Below, piece by piece: positions 41,209 to 50,225 of a stretch of DNA of 64,000 nucleotides. The translations under genes were made by a program, and so were the position numbers. Source of the DNA: an uncultured bacterium (GTDB lineage: Bacteria > Auribacterota > Erginobacteria > Erginobacterales > Erginobacteraceae); assembly GCA_963822585.1 (NCBI GenBank), contig CAWGIE010000019.1:32001-96000 (forward strand), in the 5' to 3' direction. The notes beneath the pieces are model-generated. The model was given only the letters and a program-made list of their open reading frames with translations, was not told where the DNA came from and searched no databases. Positions within the stretch are counted from its first letter, which is position 1; each line of letters starts with the position of its first letter.

Positions 41209-42168
41209 TTATTTCCCCCGCCAGATCCCCTTCCCCGCCTGCCGGGCACTCTCCTCCGCCCGGAGAAGCTGGTCGCCGTAGGACATTTTCTTCCCCGCCT
41301 CCGTGAGCCGGGCCAGGCCCCGTTCCAGCAGGGATGCGTTCAGCATCGTATCCCCGACAAAAACATAGGCCTTTCCTTCTCCGTCTTCCGGCGGCAAACT
41401 TTCTTCGAACTCCAGGCGAACGGTCTTGCCCCGGGCCAGGTATTTGTTGAAGTTCAGCGCCTGCAGCGCGATCGGGTCTATCGGGACTCCCTTCCGGGCC
41501 GGCATCCGGGGCACTTCCAGACCCAGGTAATGGATCGTCCACTGCTCGTCTCCGATCCGGACCAGGATGGCCCCGCCCTCGGGGACCCCCTCGACCGTCC
41601 CTTCCCGGGTGACCGTGGCCGCTTTCCGCGCGGCGATTTCCTGGGCGGCCGAGCGTTCCTTTAAAAAGAAGCTCCGGATCTTCTTTTCGGTAACCAGGTC
41701 CGTGAAGACCAGGATCATGATCACCGCCCAGATAACAAAACCGGCGGCGATGGCGATGCTGAATTTATTCCTGCTCGGGCGTCCCCGGTCCTTCTTGGTT
41801 ATCTTGGCGCCCCGGGCAAACCGTTTTCTCTCCGTCTGTTCCAGCTGGGTGATTTTCAGCATTGTCCGGTAGACATCCGCCTCTTCATTCACGGGGTAGG
41901 CCGTGGTCAGCTCATCCAGCTGGACCCTGAGTTCTCCATCCATCTCCCCCAACCCGGCCCGGTGGAAGATATATTTTTTCCCTTTCTCCAGGTCCTTGAT
42001 GGACGAATTGGCCCAGAGGATGAAAGGGATGATCCCGGTCTCATCCTCCAGTCTTCCCTCCCGGGCAACGTCTCCCCGGGTGGATGACCAGAGGGAGATC
42101 ACGCTCGCCTTGACGGTCTCGGGAACACGATCGGGATTTAATTCGCGAATTGAGGTTAACCGCGCCAT
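41209..42168 (-). CDS. OB-fold + TM + thermonuclease-like protein
   Basis: N-terminal GRLEDETG.I.F.LW (RPA/SSB-like OB), one TM, C-terminal AYVFV..MLNASLLERGLA..AE..AR....GIW. Confidence 0.8.
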   Translation of the reverse strand: MARLTSIRELNPDRVPETVKASVISLWSSTRGDVAREGRLEDETGIIPFILWANSSIKDLEKGKKYIFHRAGLGEMDGELRVQLDELTTAYPVNEEADVYRTMLKITQLEQTERKRFARGAKITKKDRGRPSRNKFSIAIAAGFVIWAVIMILVFTDLVTEKKIRSFFLKERSAAQEIAARKAATVTREGTVEGVPEGGAILVRIGDEQWTIHYLGLEVPRMPARKGVPIDPIALQALNFNKYLARGKTVRLEFEESLPPEDGEGKAYVFVGDTMLNASLLERGLARLTEAGKKMSYGDQLLRAEESARQAGKGIWRGK

Positions 42169-42342
42169 TGTTTTTTTCTTCGAAAACAACAAGTATTAAC
42201 CCGATTTATGAATAAATCGGGTTAGTTTTGAACCAAGGCCATTATAATTCCATTAAGGCAATACCGGGTAACGTAAAATACTCCTGCAATATGGCTTCAA
42301 TGCTTGCCCACTCTTATTTTTTCGTAGAAAAAATAAGATATC

Positions 42343-42654
42343 CTACTCCTCCCAGGAAATTTCATCCTCGAAATCAAAATGGACTTTTTGCGAGCCGCGA
42401 TAATCGTAGAGGAAGAGATCCCGGCCGTTCCAGCTGGCTCGTAAGGCGTCGCTCAGGCGGCAGGAACTGACGCTGAGGGGGGTCAAGCCGAGCATTGTCC
42501 AGCGCTCGGTCGGCACCGCCGGGCCGGAAACTTCCGGCTCGATGACGGATATCTCGGCGCCGGGAGGGGAGGACTCGATCGTGACCCGTGGGCAGGGAGC
42601 ACAGGCCGTGCCCAGCAGAAGGGAAGATATGCCGCAATAGAGAAGAGTTTTCAT
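42343..42654 (-). CDS. small lipoprotein with PEGA-like domain
   Basis: Lipobox GTA-C; IESSPPGAEI..LGLTPL. Confidence 0.7.
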   Translation of the reverse strand: MKTLLYCGISSLLLGTACAPCPRVTIESSPPGAEISVIEPEVSGPAVPTERWTMLGLTPLSVSSCRLSDALRASWNGRDLFLYDYRGSQKVHFDFEDEISWEE

Positions 42655-42688
42655 CTTTTCAACAATAGGGGATGAATATTCTCTCCAA

Positions 42689-42723
42689 TTAAAAAAGGCC
42701 GGGGGATACCCCCGGCCTTTTTA
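42689..42723 (-). terminator. intrinsic terminator after tRNA (symmetric)
   Basis: AAAAAAGGCCGGGGG-ATA-CCCCCGGCCTTTTT. Confidence 0.85.
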
Positions 42724-42724
42724 A

Positions 42725-42798
<74 letters not shown>

Positions 42799-42971
42799 TT
42801 GTGTTATTAACGATAGTACACGTCTCGGGTGATGTCAAGTCGCAATTCCAGTTTAACCGACTGCGGGGTAAATCGGGGTAAAATAAACTGTTGTTGTCCG
42901 CGGTTTCTCATTATAATCTTTTAAGGCATAGCGAATTTAAAATCAAATTTTTCCCCGGGAAAAATTTTCAA

Positions 42972-44870
42972 GTGAAATCGGCTCTTCGTACATCCCTCTT
43001 TCTCCTCCTGATTATCGTCACCGGCACGGCCGTTTATCTGCCCGCTTTTCGGGCATCCTTCCATCTCGATGACGGGCCGTCCATCCGGGATAACGTCATT
43101 CTCCGACGTTTCGTGCCGGCGGCCGTCTTCAACTACTGGCCAACCCGCTTCTTTACTTACCTGAGCCTGGCATTGACCTTCCATTTCGCCGCCCTCAACC
43201 CCTTCCCCTATCACCTCGGCAACGTCGTCATTCACCTTATCAACTCCCTGACCGTCTTCTTTCTTCTCCGGCGCCTGCTGGGCAAATCCGGCCCGCTGGC
43301 CCCCTTTGATCGGAGCCCTGATTTTTCTTCTTCATCCCCTCCAGACCCAGGCGGTCACCTACGTGATCCAGCGGGCCACCTCCCTGGCGGCAGGTTTTTA
43401 CCTCTTATCTTTTCTCTGCTACCTGAAATGCTTTCAGGTAGCAGAGAAAAGATATGCGTCTCACGACATTGTTCCGGGGAAGAAGCAGCGTCGTTCGAAT
43501 TGTCTTTTATCTTCTTTCCTTTTTGTTCGCGAGCGCGTGCGATGCTGACCAAGGAATTCACAGTCACACTGCCGGTCATGTTGGTCCTGGCGGAGCTGCT
43601 GGTCCTGCGGGACATCCCCGGGAAGAAGTCGCGAAAATTGCTCCGCCTGGCGCCTTTTCTGCTCGCCCTGTTGCTCATCCCCGCGATCATCAGGCTCTAC
43701 AGCGCCAACCCCCACTATAACGACTCCGGCCAGGTCGAATGGCTGCGGGAAGCGGGGGTGATGTCCCAGACCGCTCCCGGCCACGGGGAGTCGCCCCGGC
43801 TCTACCTGCTCACCCAGAGCCGGGTCTTTATCACCTATCTCCGGCTCCTGGTCCTTCCCGTCAACCAACAGGTCGATTACGACTACCCGAAGATTTCTTC
43901 TGTCTTTGAACCCGGCGTGCTCATATACGCGGCGACGTTTATCTCTCTGATCATGATCGCCCTCTATTGCTCCCGGAGAAAAAATCTTATCCTGGCCGGG
44001 TTCGGAATCTTCTGGTTCATCATCGTCCTGCTGCCGGAATCGAGTTTCATCCCCATTATCGACGTGGCCGTCGAGCACCGGCTTTATCTGCCCCTCTTCG
44101 GGATGGTCCTGGTGTTTGCCGTTCTGCTTCGATCGCTCGCCCGGTACCGGCGAGCCCGTTTTTATCTCTGCGCAGCGGCGGTTATTTTGCTCGGTCTGCT
44201 GACCTATCGGAGAAATCTGGTCTGGAAAGAGCCGGTCACCCTCTGGGAGGACAACGTTAAAAAGGCCCCCGGCCGCGCCCGGGTCCACGGCAACCTGGGG
44301 AAAGCCTACCTCGACCGGGGACGGTACGAGAAGGCGGCGGAGGAGTTCCGGAAACTGATCGAGATCGACCCCACCTTCGCCGGCGCCTACAATAACCTGG
44401 CCGTCATCTACATCGATCATATCAAGGACTACGCCCTGGCCGAAAAGTACATCGAGGCCTCGCTGACCCTCTTCCCCGACTATCCCGCCGGATACGTGAA
44501 CCGGGGCGTGATCAATCTCAACAACCGGCGGCTGCGGCCGGCCATCCGGGATTTCGAGAAGGCGGTGGAACTCGACCCGGAGAACCTCCTCGCCTATTAC
44601 AACCTGGGCGCCTGCTACATCAACCTGGGGGACCTCTATGCCCGCGAAGCATCCTCCCTTCGCTCACTGGGCAAGGAGGAAGCCGCGGCCGGGAAAGACC
44701 AGGCGGCGGCGGCCGAATATGCCCGGGCGGAGGAATTTCTGCAGCGGGGCATCTCCTACTGGCCGGAAGAAGCGAAGTTCTACGTTCTTCTGGCCCGTCT
44801 CTATAGAGGAATGGGGGAGACAGAGAAGGCCGATGCTTATTTTCAGAAAGCCCGGGAGATGGGAAGATGA
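42972..44870 (+). CDS. TMTC-like GT-C membrane glycosyltransferase with TPR repeats (compensating frameshifts ~43305 and ~43500-43540)
   Basis: FHLDD..I.DN, YH..NV.IH, LHPLQTQAVTYVIQR (shifted frame), EHRLYLP, TYRRN.VW...LWED, TPRs. Confidence 0.85.
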   Translation: MKSALRTSLFLLLIIVTGTAVYLPAFRASFHLDDGPSIRDNVILRRFVPAAVFNYWPTRFFTYLSLALTFHFAALNPFPYHLGNVVIHLINSLTVFFLLRRLLGKSGPLAPFDRSPDFSSSSPPDPGGHLRDPAGHLPGGRFLPLIFSLLPEMLSGSREKICVSRHCSGEEAASFELSFIFFPFCSRARAMLTKEFTVTLPVMLVLAELLVLRDIPGKKSRKLLRLAPFLLALLLIPAIIRLYSANPHYNDSGQVEWLREAGVMSQTAPGHGESPRLYLLTQSRVFITYLRLLVLPVNQQVDYDYPKISSVFEPGVLIYAATFISLIMIALYCSRRKNLILAGFGIFWFIIVLLPESSFIPIIDVAVEHRLYLPLFGMVLVFAVLLRSLARYRRARFYLCAAAVILLGLLTYRRNLVWKEPVTLWEDNVKKAPGRARVHGNLGKAYLDRGRYEKAAEEFRKLIEIDPTFAGAYNNLAVIYIDHIKDYALAEKYIEASLTLFPDYPAGYVNRGVINLNNRRLRPAIRDFEKAVELDPENLLAYYNLGACYINLGDLYAREASSLRSLGKEEAAAGKDQAAAAEYARAEEFLQRGISYWPEEAKFYVLLARLYRGMGETEKADAYFQKAREMGR

Positions 44871-44983
44871 AGCCCCATCAGAGGAAAATAGTGCCTAAAG
44901 TGCCTGAAGTGCGCTAAAATGCTTACAGCAAGGGGAATTGGAGGATCGCTTCGATTGCGATAAATATACTACACTTTTGATTT

Positions 44984-45654
44984 ATCTTAGTGTCTTTGTG
45001 TCTTAAAAGGGGGCTCGATGGGAGGAAAAACTGAACGTCGAACGTTCAACGTTCAACTCTCAACGTTCAAAAAAATCGTCATGTCCCAAAATCGTCCTGT
45101 CACAAAGGGGGGCGAGGCGGGGAACAATTGGTGTAAATTAGTGTAAACTTGTGGTGAGCGGAGCCGAATCCATTAGTGGATTCAAAAGGGGCCGAGGTAG
45201 GGGAAATCAATCTGAGTAATACTGTGTAATCTGTGGACTCAAAAAGGGGCCGAGGCAGGGGATAAAAACCGAACATCGAACGTCGAACTTTGAACGTCCA
45301 ACTTCGAACGTCGAACAGGAACGTTCAACACAATTCGTGTAATTCGCGAAATTCGTAGTTTAAATAAAGGGGCTGAGGCAGGGGATAAAAACCGAACATC
45401 GAACGTCGAACTTTGAACGTCCAACTTCGAACGTCGAACAGGAACGTTCAACACAATTCGTGTAATTCGCGAAATTCGTAGTTTAAATAAAGGGGCCGAG
45501 GCAGGGGATAAAAACCGAACATCGAACGTCGAACTTTGAACGTCCAACTTCGAACGTCGAACAGGAACGTTCAACACAATTCGTGTAATTCGCGAAATTC
45601 GTAGTTTAAATAAAGGGGCCGAGGTAGGGGGATAATTCGCGAAATTCGCAGTTA
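44984..45654 (+). repeat. G-anchor/STR-module array D including three 123-bp tandem copies
   Basis: Anchors at ~45005, 45104, 45184, 45241, 45366, 45489, 45612. Confidence 0.9.
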
Positions 45655-45668
45655 AAAAAGGAGATACA

Positions 45669-46841
45669 ATGAATCATGAGTGGGAGAATGAAAAACCGGC
45701 CGGCACGGCGACCTTTGCCGGGCTGGGCCTGGGCCCGCAAGCGCTCGCAGCGGCCCGGCGCGCCGGATTTAAAGAACCGACCGAAATCCAGGAAAAGTTC
45801 ATCCCGGCCGCGCTGACCGGACGCGACTGCGTCGGCCGGGCCCGCACCGGGACCGGGAAGACGGCCGCCTTCCTTCTCCCGGTCCTACACCGTTTTTACG
45901 AGGGGGAGCCGGTGCGGATGATTGTCCTCGCCCCCACCCGGGAGCTGGCCGAGCAGATCAAGGAGGAGAGCTGGAAATTGACCGGGAAAAGACCCCCCCG
46001 GGCGCTGGCCGTTTACGGGGGAACCCGCATCAACCCCCAGATCGAAGCTCTCAAGCGGAACCCCGAGATCGTGGTCGGGACCCCGGGGCGGATCCTCGAC
46101 CACGGACACCGGCACACCATGTCTTTTCATGACTTCACGATCGTGGTCCTGGACGAAGTCGACCGCATGTTCGACATGGGTTTCCGCCAGGACATCGGCG
46201 TCATCCTGAAAAAATGCCGGGGACGAAAGCAGACCATGTTTCTTTCCGCCACCCTCCCCCCCGAGATCATGCGCCTGGCCGAACGGTTCCTGCGGGATCC
46301 GATCCGGATATCGGCGGTGGAGGAGGACAGTCCGTCAGTGGAGACACTCGAACAGTACTACTTCAGCGTCTCCCCCCGGCGGAAGATGTCCCTTCTGGAG
46401 CGGCTGCTGGCCCGGGAACAACCGGAGCTGGCCCTGATCTTCACCCGGACCAAGCGGGGAGCGGAGCGGGTGGGGAAAAGCCTGAGCAAGAAACGGCACG
46501 ATTCCATGTTTATCCATGGCGACCTGCCTCAATCCCAGCGGGACCGGGCGGTGGCCGCGTTCCGGGAGAGAAAAATCCGCCTCCTGGTGGCGACCGACGT
46601 CATGGGTCGGGGGATCGATATCTCGGACATCTCCCATATCATCAACTACGACATACCCGATAACCCCGATGACTACCTCCACCGGGTCGGCCGCTCGGCG
46701 CGGATGGACGCGCGGGGAAAAGCCTTCACCTTCGTCACCCCCGAGCAGGGGGAGCAACTAACGGCCGTCGAGATGCTCTGCAATCTCCTGCTCCACGAGG
46801 ACCGGATCGAAGGCTTCGACCCCGGGCTGGACGATCTGTAA
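45669..46841 (+). CDS. DEAD-box RNA helicase
   Basis: Q-motif, TGTGKT, PTRELA, TPGR, DEVD, SAT, YLHRVGR. Confidence 0.96.
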   Translation: MNHEWENEKPAGTATFAGLGLGPQALAAARRAGFKEPTEIQEKFIPAALTGRDCVGRARTGTGKTAAFLLPVLHRFYEGEPVRMIVLAPTRELAEQIKEESWKLTGKRPPRALAVYGGTRINPQIEALKRNPEIVVGTPGRILDHGHRHTMSFHDFTIVVLDEVDRMFDMGFRQDIGVILKKCRGRKQTMFLSATLPPEIMRLAERFLRDPIRISAVEEDSPSVETLEQYYFSVSPRRKMSLLERLLAREQPELALIFTRTKRGAERVGKSLSKKRHDSMFIHGDLPQSQRDRAVAAFRERKIRLLVATDVMGRGIDISDISHIINYDIPDNPDDYLHRVGRSARMDARGKAFTFVTPEQGEQLTAVEMLCNLLLHEDRIEGFDPGLDDL

Positions 46842-46873
46842 AAAGACGGGACGCTGTACTCGGTGGACGAAAA

Positions 46874-47040
46874 GATGAACGTCGAACGGCCAACTTCGAA
46901 CTTCGAACAGAAAAGAATGAACGTTCAACGCTCAACATCCGATGAAAAATTCGTGGACTAAAAAGGGGCCGAGGCGCGGGGGAAACTTTTGCGTATTTTG
47001 CGCCTTTTTGCGGCTGATAAAAGGGGCCGAGGTAGGGGGA
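46874..47040 (+). repeat. G-anchor/STR-module array E
   Basis: Heptamer run, anchors ~46960 and ~47019; TTTTGCG module shared with array A. Confidence 0.8.
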
Positions 47041-47041
47041 T

Positions 47042-49672
47042 CTAGCGCGTAACCGGGATATCCCCCGATCTCCCGAAGTAAGTTCTTGATATCCCCCGGA
47101 TCGCCCAGAGACCGGAAGTTGGCCGGAAGATCCCCTTATTATCTGTACCATTCCCATTAAAATCGGCGGGAACCGGCACATCCGACCCGGAACCGAAATA
47201 ACACCTGCTTCCACCCCGAACCGCCCACAATCCGGTTGCCGGACGGAAGACCGCCGGCGCCCTACTCCCCTCCCCCTGATAATCCCCCGGCACCGGCCGG
47301 TCAGTGTCCGTTCCGAAGTAGATCCGGGTGATGCTTCGGATCGCCCACAATCCGCCGCTTCTCCTGAATATGGCGATATCATCATATCCATCTCCATCAT
47401 AATCACCCGGTACGGGGAGATCGCCGGCGAGTCCGAAATAGATCCGGGTGATGCCGACGATATCCCAGAGACCACTATCGAAGATGCCGATATCGCAGCA
47501 GCCGTCGCCGTCATAGTCCCCGGGGACCGGCATGTCGGAGGAACCTCCCGCGTATGTTCGGGTCAGGCCCCGGAGCGCCCAGAGCCCGGAAGTCTTCCGG
47601 AAGATACCGATATCGGTCGTCCCGTCTCCGTCGTAATCCCCGCTGACCGGGAGATCGCCGGCCGCCCCGAAGTAGAGGCGGCTGACACCGCGAAGAGCCC
47701 AGAGCCCGGCGGTGTCCCGAAAGACGGCAATATCCGAAGTCCCGTCCCCGTCATAATCCCCCGACCCCAGGATCAGAATCGGTGGTGTCGGTGCCAGCGA
47801 AGGAGATGGAGTTGAGGTGGGGCTGATTGGCAGCGTCGGAGACGGGGTCGGCGTGGGCGTCATTGGCGGCGTCGGTGACCGGGTCGGCGGGGGCGTTGGG
47901 GGCCAAGATGGAGGGGGCGGTACCGGAGTCGGTGTTGTCTGACGATAGGTAACACAAAGATCGGCCATGTTGCATGGCCAGTCATCGGAGAAAGTAACCC
48001 AGGCGGTATGTGTCCCCGGCGATAAGGAGGACGTGTCCCCCAGTGAGATAGTAACCTCAAAAACCTGGCTGTCAAAACCGAAGCCCTGGGGCGGATCGAC
48101 TTCCAGCCAGTCGGTGGCGGTTGTCCACCAATTGTGGATCAGATTGGTCTGCCTAAGGCAGTTAAAGGTAAAATTGTAGATAATATCTCGACTGGAAGTT
48201 TGAGCTGAGAGAGTGATTGCCCCGGGTGATACATGCGGGCAACCAGAGCAATAAATGGGTGAAGGAGTAGGTGAAATTGGCGGAGTTGGCGTTCGATAGG
48301 CTACCGGAGTGGTTGTGGGGAAATGAAAACCTTTAGGTGTCAGAGTAGGCGTTGGTGTGGGATCAAATGCTTTTTGGGCAATTTGATAGAGCAATTGATC
48401 ATAATAGGTTGACCCGTCGGACCCGACATACAATTCAGTATATCCGGTCAATACAGGGAGATATATCCGCTTCTGCCTACCGCCATCATAGGTAAGCAGA
48501 AGATCATCCCCGGTCTGAGTGTTGAAGCCTCTATGGGCAAAGGTCCGGAGGAGGACATCTCCTTCTCCGGTCTGCTTATCATAAGATCGATTCTCGGTAT
48601 CGAAGATATGCCCCCAGCTGGTGATCCCGCCGGCCACGTCTCTTAATTGATAAACCAGGTCATACTTACCCGAGCCCCGGGGATGAATGATCCTCACACC
48701 TTCTATATCGGTCAATCGAAAGAATTCCGGCGGCGGGGTTGGTGACGGTGTGGGAATATAATAATTCACAACAAGATATGTCTCCTCACATCCCCAATCG
48801 TGATCGAACCTGATCCAATCACTATGCGCGCCCGGTGACAGTGAAGAGGTGTCGCCAAGGGTGATTGCTATGACAAAGGTTTGGCTGTCAAACCCGAAAC
48901 CCTGGGACGGCTCAACCTCCAGCCATTCGGTGGCGCTCGTCCACCAATTGTGGATCAGGTTAGTTTGTCGGAGACAGTTATAGGTAAAATCATAGATGAT
49001 ATCCTGGGAAGAAGTTTGATCGGAGAGAGTGATTGCCCCGGGTAGAACGCGGGGACAACCATAGCAGTAGGGGGGTGTGGGAGTCGGGGTCGATGACGGA
49101 CAAGTATAAGCATAGGGAGTAGGAGTAGCCGTACGAAATCCTACCGGAGTTAATGTGGGTATCGGGCTTAGGGTAGGAGATGGTGTCGGGTTGGAAGCTT
49201 CCCGGGCAATTTGACAAAGCCATTGATCATAATAAGTTGACCCGTCAGCCCCGACATACAACTCGGTGTATCCGGTCAATACAGGGAGATATATCCGCTT
49301 CTGCCAACCGCCATCATAGGTAAGCAGAAGATTATCCCCGGTCTGAGTACTGAAGCCTTTATGGGCAAAGGTCCGGAGGAGGACATCTCCTTCTCCGGTT
49401 TGCTTATCGTAAGATCGATTCTCGGTATCGAAGATATGCCCCCAACTGACGATCGCTCCCGTCGTATCCCGAAGCTGATAAACCAAATCATATCGGGTCG
49501 TTCCCCGGGAGTTCACGACCTCCAGTAATTCAACGTCGGTAAGCCGGAAAAATGATCCACAGGGTAACGGAGTCGGTGTCGGGAGAGAGTCTGTGGAAAA
49601 TGCGGGGGAGGTGAGAACAATTGAGAGGAGAAGATCGACTACAATCAATGAAAAGGCATTCTTCACAATCAA
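47042..49672 (-). CDS. large secreted protein: two duplicated A-B modules, Pro/Thr linkers, C-terminal FG-GAP-like repeats
   Basis: Signal peptide; FFRLTD...WGHIFDTENRSYDKQTGEGD present twice; six GDYDGDG..DI.IFR..GLWA-type repeats. Confidence 0.88.
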   Translation of the reverse strand: MIVKNAFSLIVVDLLLSIVLTSPAFSTDSLPTPTPLPCGSFFRLTDVELLEVVNSRGTTRYDLVYQLRDTTGAIVSWGHIFDTENRSYDKQTGEGDVLLRTFAHKGFSTQTGDNLLLTYDGGWQKRIYLPVLTGYTELYVGADGSTYYDQWLCQIAREASNPTPSPTLSPIPTLTPVGFRTATPTPYAYTCPSSTPTPTPPYCYGCPRVLPGAITLSDQTSSQDIIYDFTYNCLRQTNLIHNWWTSATEWLEVEPSQGFGFDSQTFVIAITLGDTSSLSPGAHSDWIRFDHDWGCEETYLVVNYYIPTPSPTPPPEFFRLTDIEGVRIIHPRGSGKYDLVYQLRDVAGGITSWGHIFDTENRSYDKQTGEGDVLLRTFAHRGFNTQTGDDLLLTYDGGRQKRIYLPVLTGYTELYVGSDGSTYYDQLLYQIAQKAFDPTPTPTLTPKGFHFPTTTPVAYRTPTPPISPTPSPIYCSGCPHVSPGAITLSAQTSSRDIIYNFTFNCLRQTNLIHNWWTTATDWLEVDPPQGFGFDSQVFEVTISLGDTSSLSPGTHTAWVTFSDDWPCNMADLCVTYRQTTPTPVPPPPSWPPTPPPTRSPTPPMTPTPTPSPTLPISPTSTPSPSLAPTPPILILGSGDYDGDGTSDIAVFRDTAGLWALRGVSRLYFGAAGDLPVSGDYDGDGTTDIGIFRKTSGLWALRGLTRTYAGGSSDMPVPGDYDGDGCCDIGIFDSGLWDIVGITRIYFGLAGDLPVPGDYDGDGYDDIAIFRRSGGLWAIRSITRIYFGTDTDRPVPGDYQGEGSRAPAVFRPATGLWAVRGGSRCYFGSGSDVPVPADFNGNGTDNKGIFRPTSGLWAIRGISRTYFGRSGDIPVTR

Positions 49673-49697
49673 GCCTATTGAGACTGCTGTCTGACGA

Positions 49698-49796
49698 TTA
49701 TTTGTCTTCCTCTTTTCTTTCTTGAATCTTCAGAAGTATTTTAACGTATTCAACGTTACGATCGTTTAATAACTTCAAAAGGATTTCGGTGTCCAT
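49698..49796 (-). pseudogene. 32-codon remnant of a nucleotidyltransferase-like gene (internal deletion)
   Basis: MDTEILLKLLNDRNVEYV-KILLKIQERKEEDK*, overlapping the end of the 61-aa gene. Confidence 0.5.
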
Positions 49797-49941
49797 GATC
49801 GAGCAGCATCTGTTTGATTTCGCCGGATTTTTTAAACATCATCCGAAAACGCTCTTCAGTGCTCAACGAGAGCTGATAATCCAGCTCAAAATCAAGCTGC
49901 CGGTTCTCGTCGGATTGATCAAGTTTTAGTATCGGTGACAT
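49756..49941 (-). CDS. small hypothetical protein (partner-type gene of nucleotidyltransferase TA-like pairs)
   Basis: RBS GGAG; ELDYQLSLSTEERFRMM..S...L..HGHR.P.E.IKRS. Confidence 0.7.
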   Translation of the reverse strand: MSPILKLDQSDENRQLDFELDYQLSLSTEERFRMMFKKSGEIKQMLLDHGHRNPFEVIKRS

Positions 49942-50067
49942 TTATATATCTCCAGCGATTACTATATTATCAGTTTGGAGAAAAAATGACAATGAAATAA
50001 GTGTTCTTTGATAAGCGTTTTAGGAGGTGATCTTTCCGGCTGATAACATGGGCCAAAGCGGAGGAAA

Positions 50068-50225
50068 AATTGAACATCGAACGTTCAACACTCAACATCC
50101 ACCTCACAACATTCAAAAAATCGTCATGTCCCAAAATCGTCCTGTCACAATAGGGGGCGAGGCGGGGGCAATTCCTATCCAATCACATTCAATCGTCTGT
50201 TTCAAAAGGGGCCGAGGTAGCGGGG
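50068..50225 (+). repeat. G-anchor/STR-module array F
   Basis: AAAAAATCGTCATGTCCCAAAATCGTCCTGTCACAA is identical to a module in array D; anchors ~50150 and ~50204. Confidence 0.8.

Noticed and set aside
44868..44965. Four-helix-bundle gene remnant (AGTGCCTAA 9-mers then QGELEDRF)
   Set aside because: Match too short to support
45239..45577. 112-aa repeat protein on minus strand
   Set aside because: Translation of the 123-bp intergenic tandem repeat
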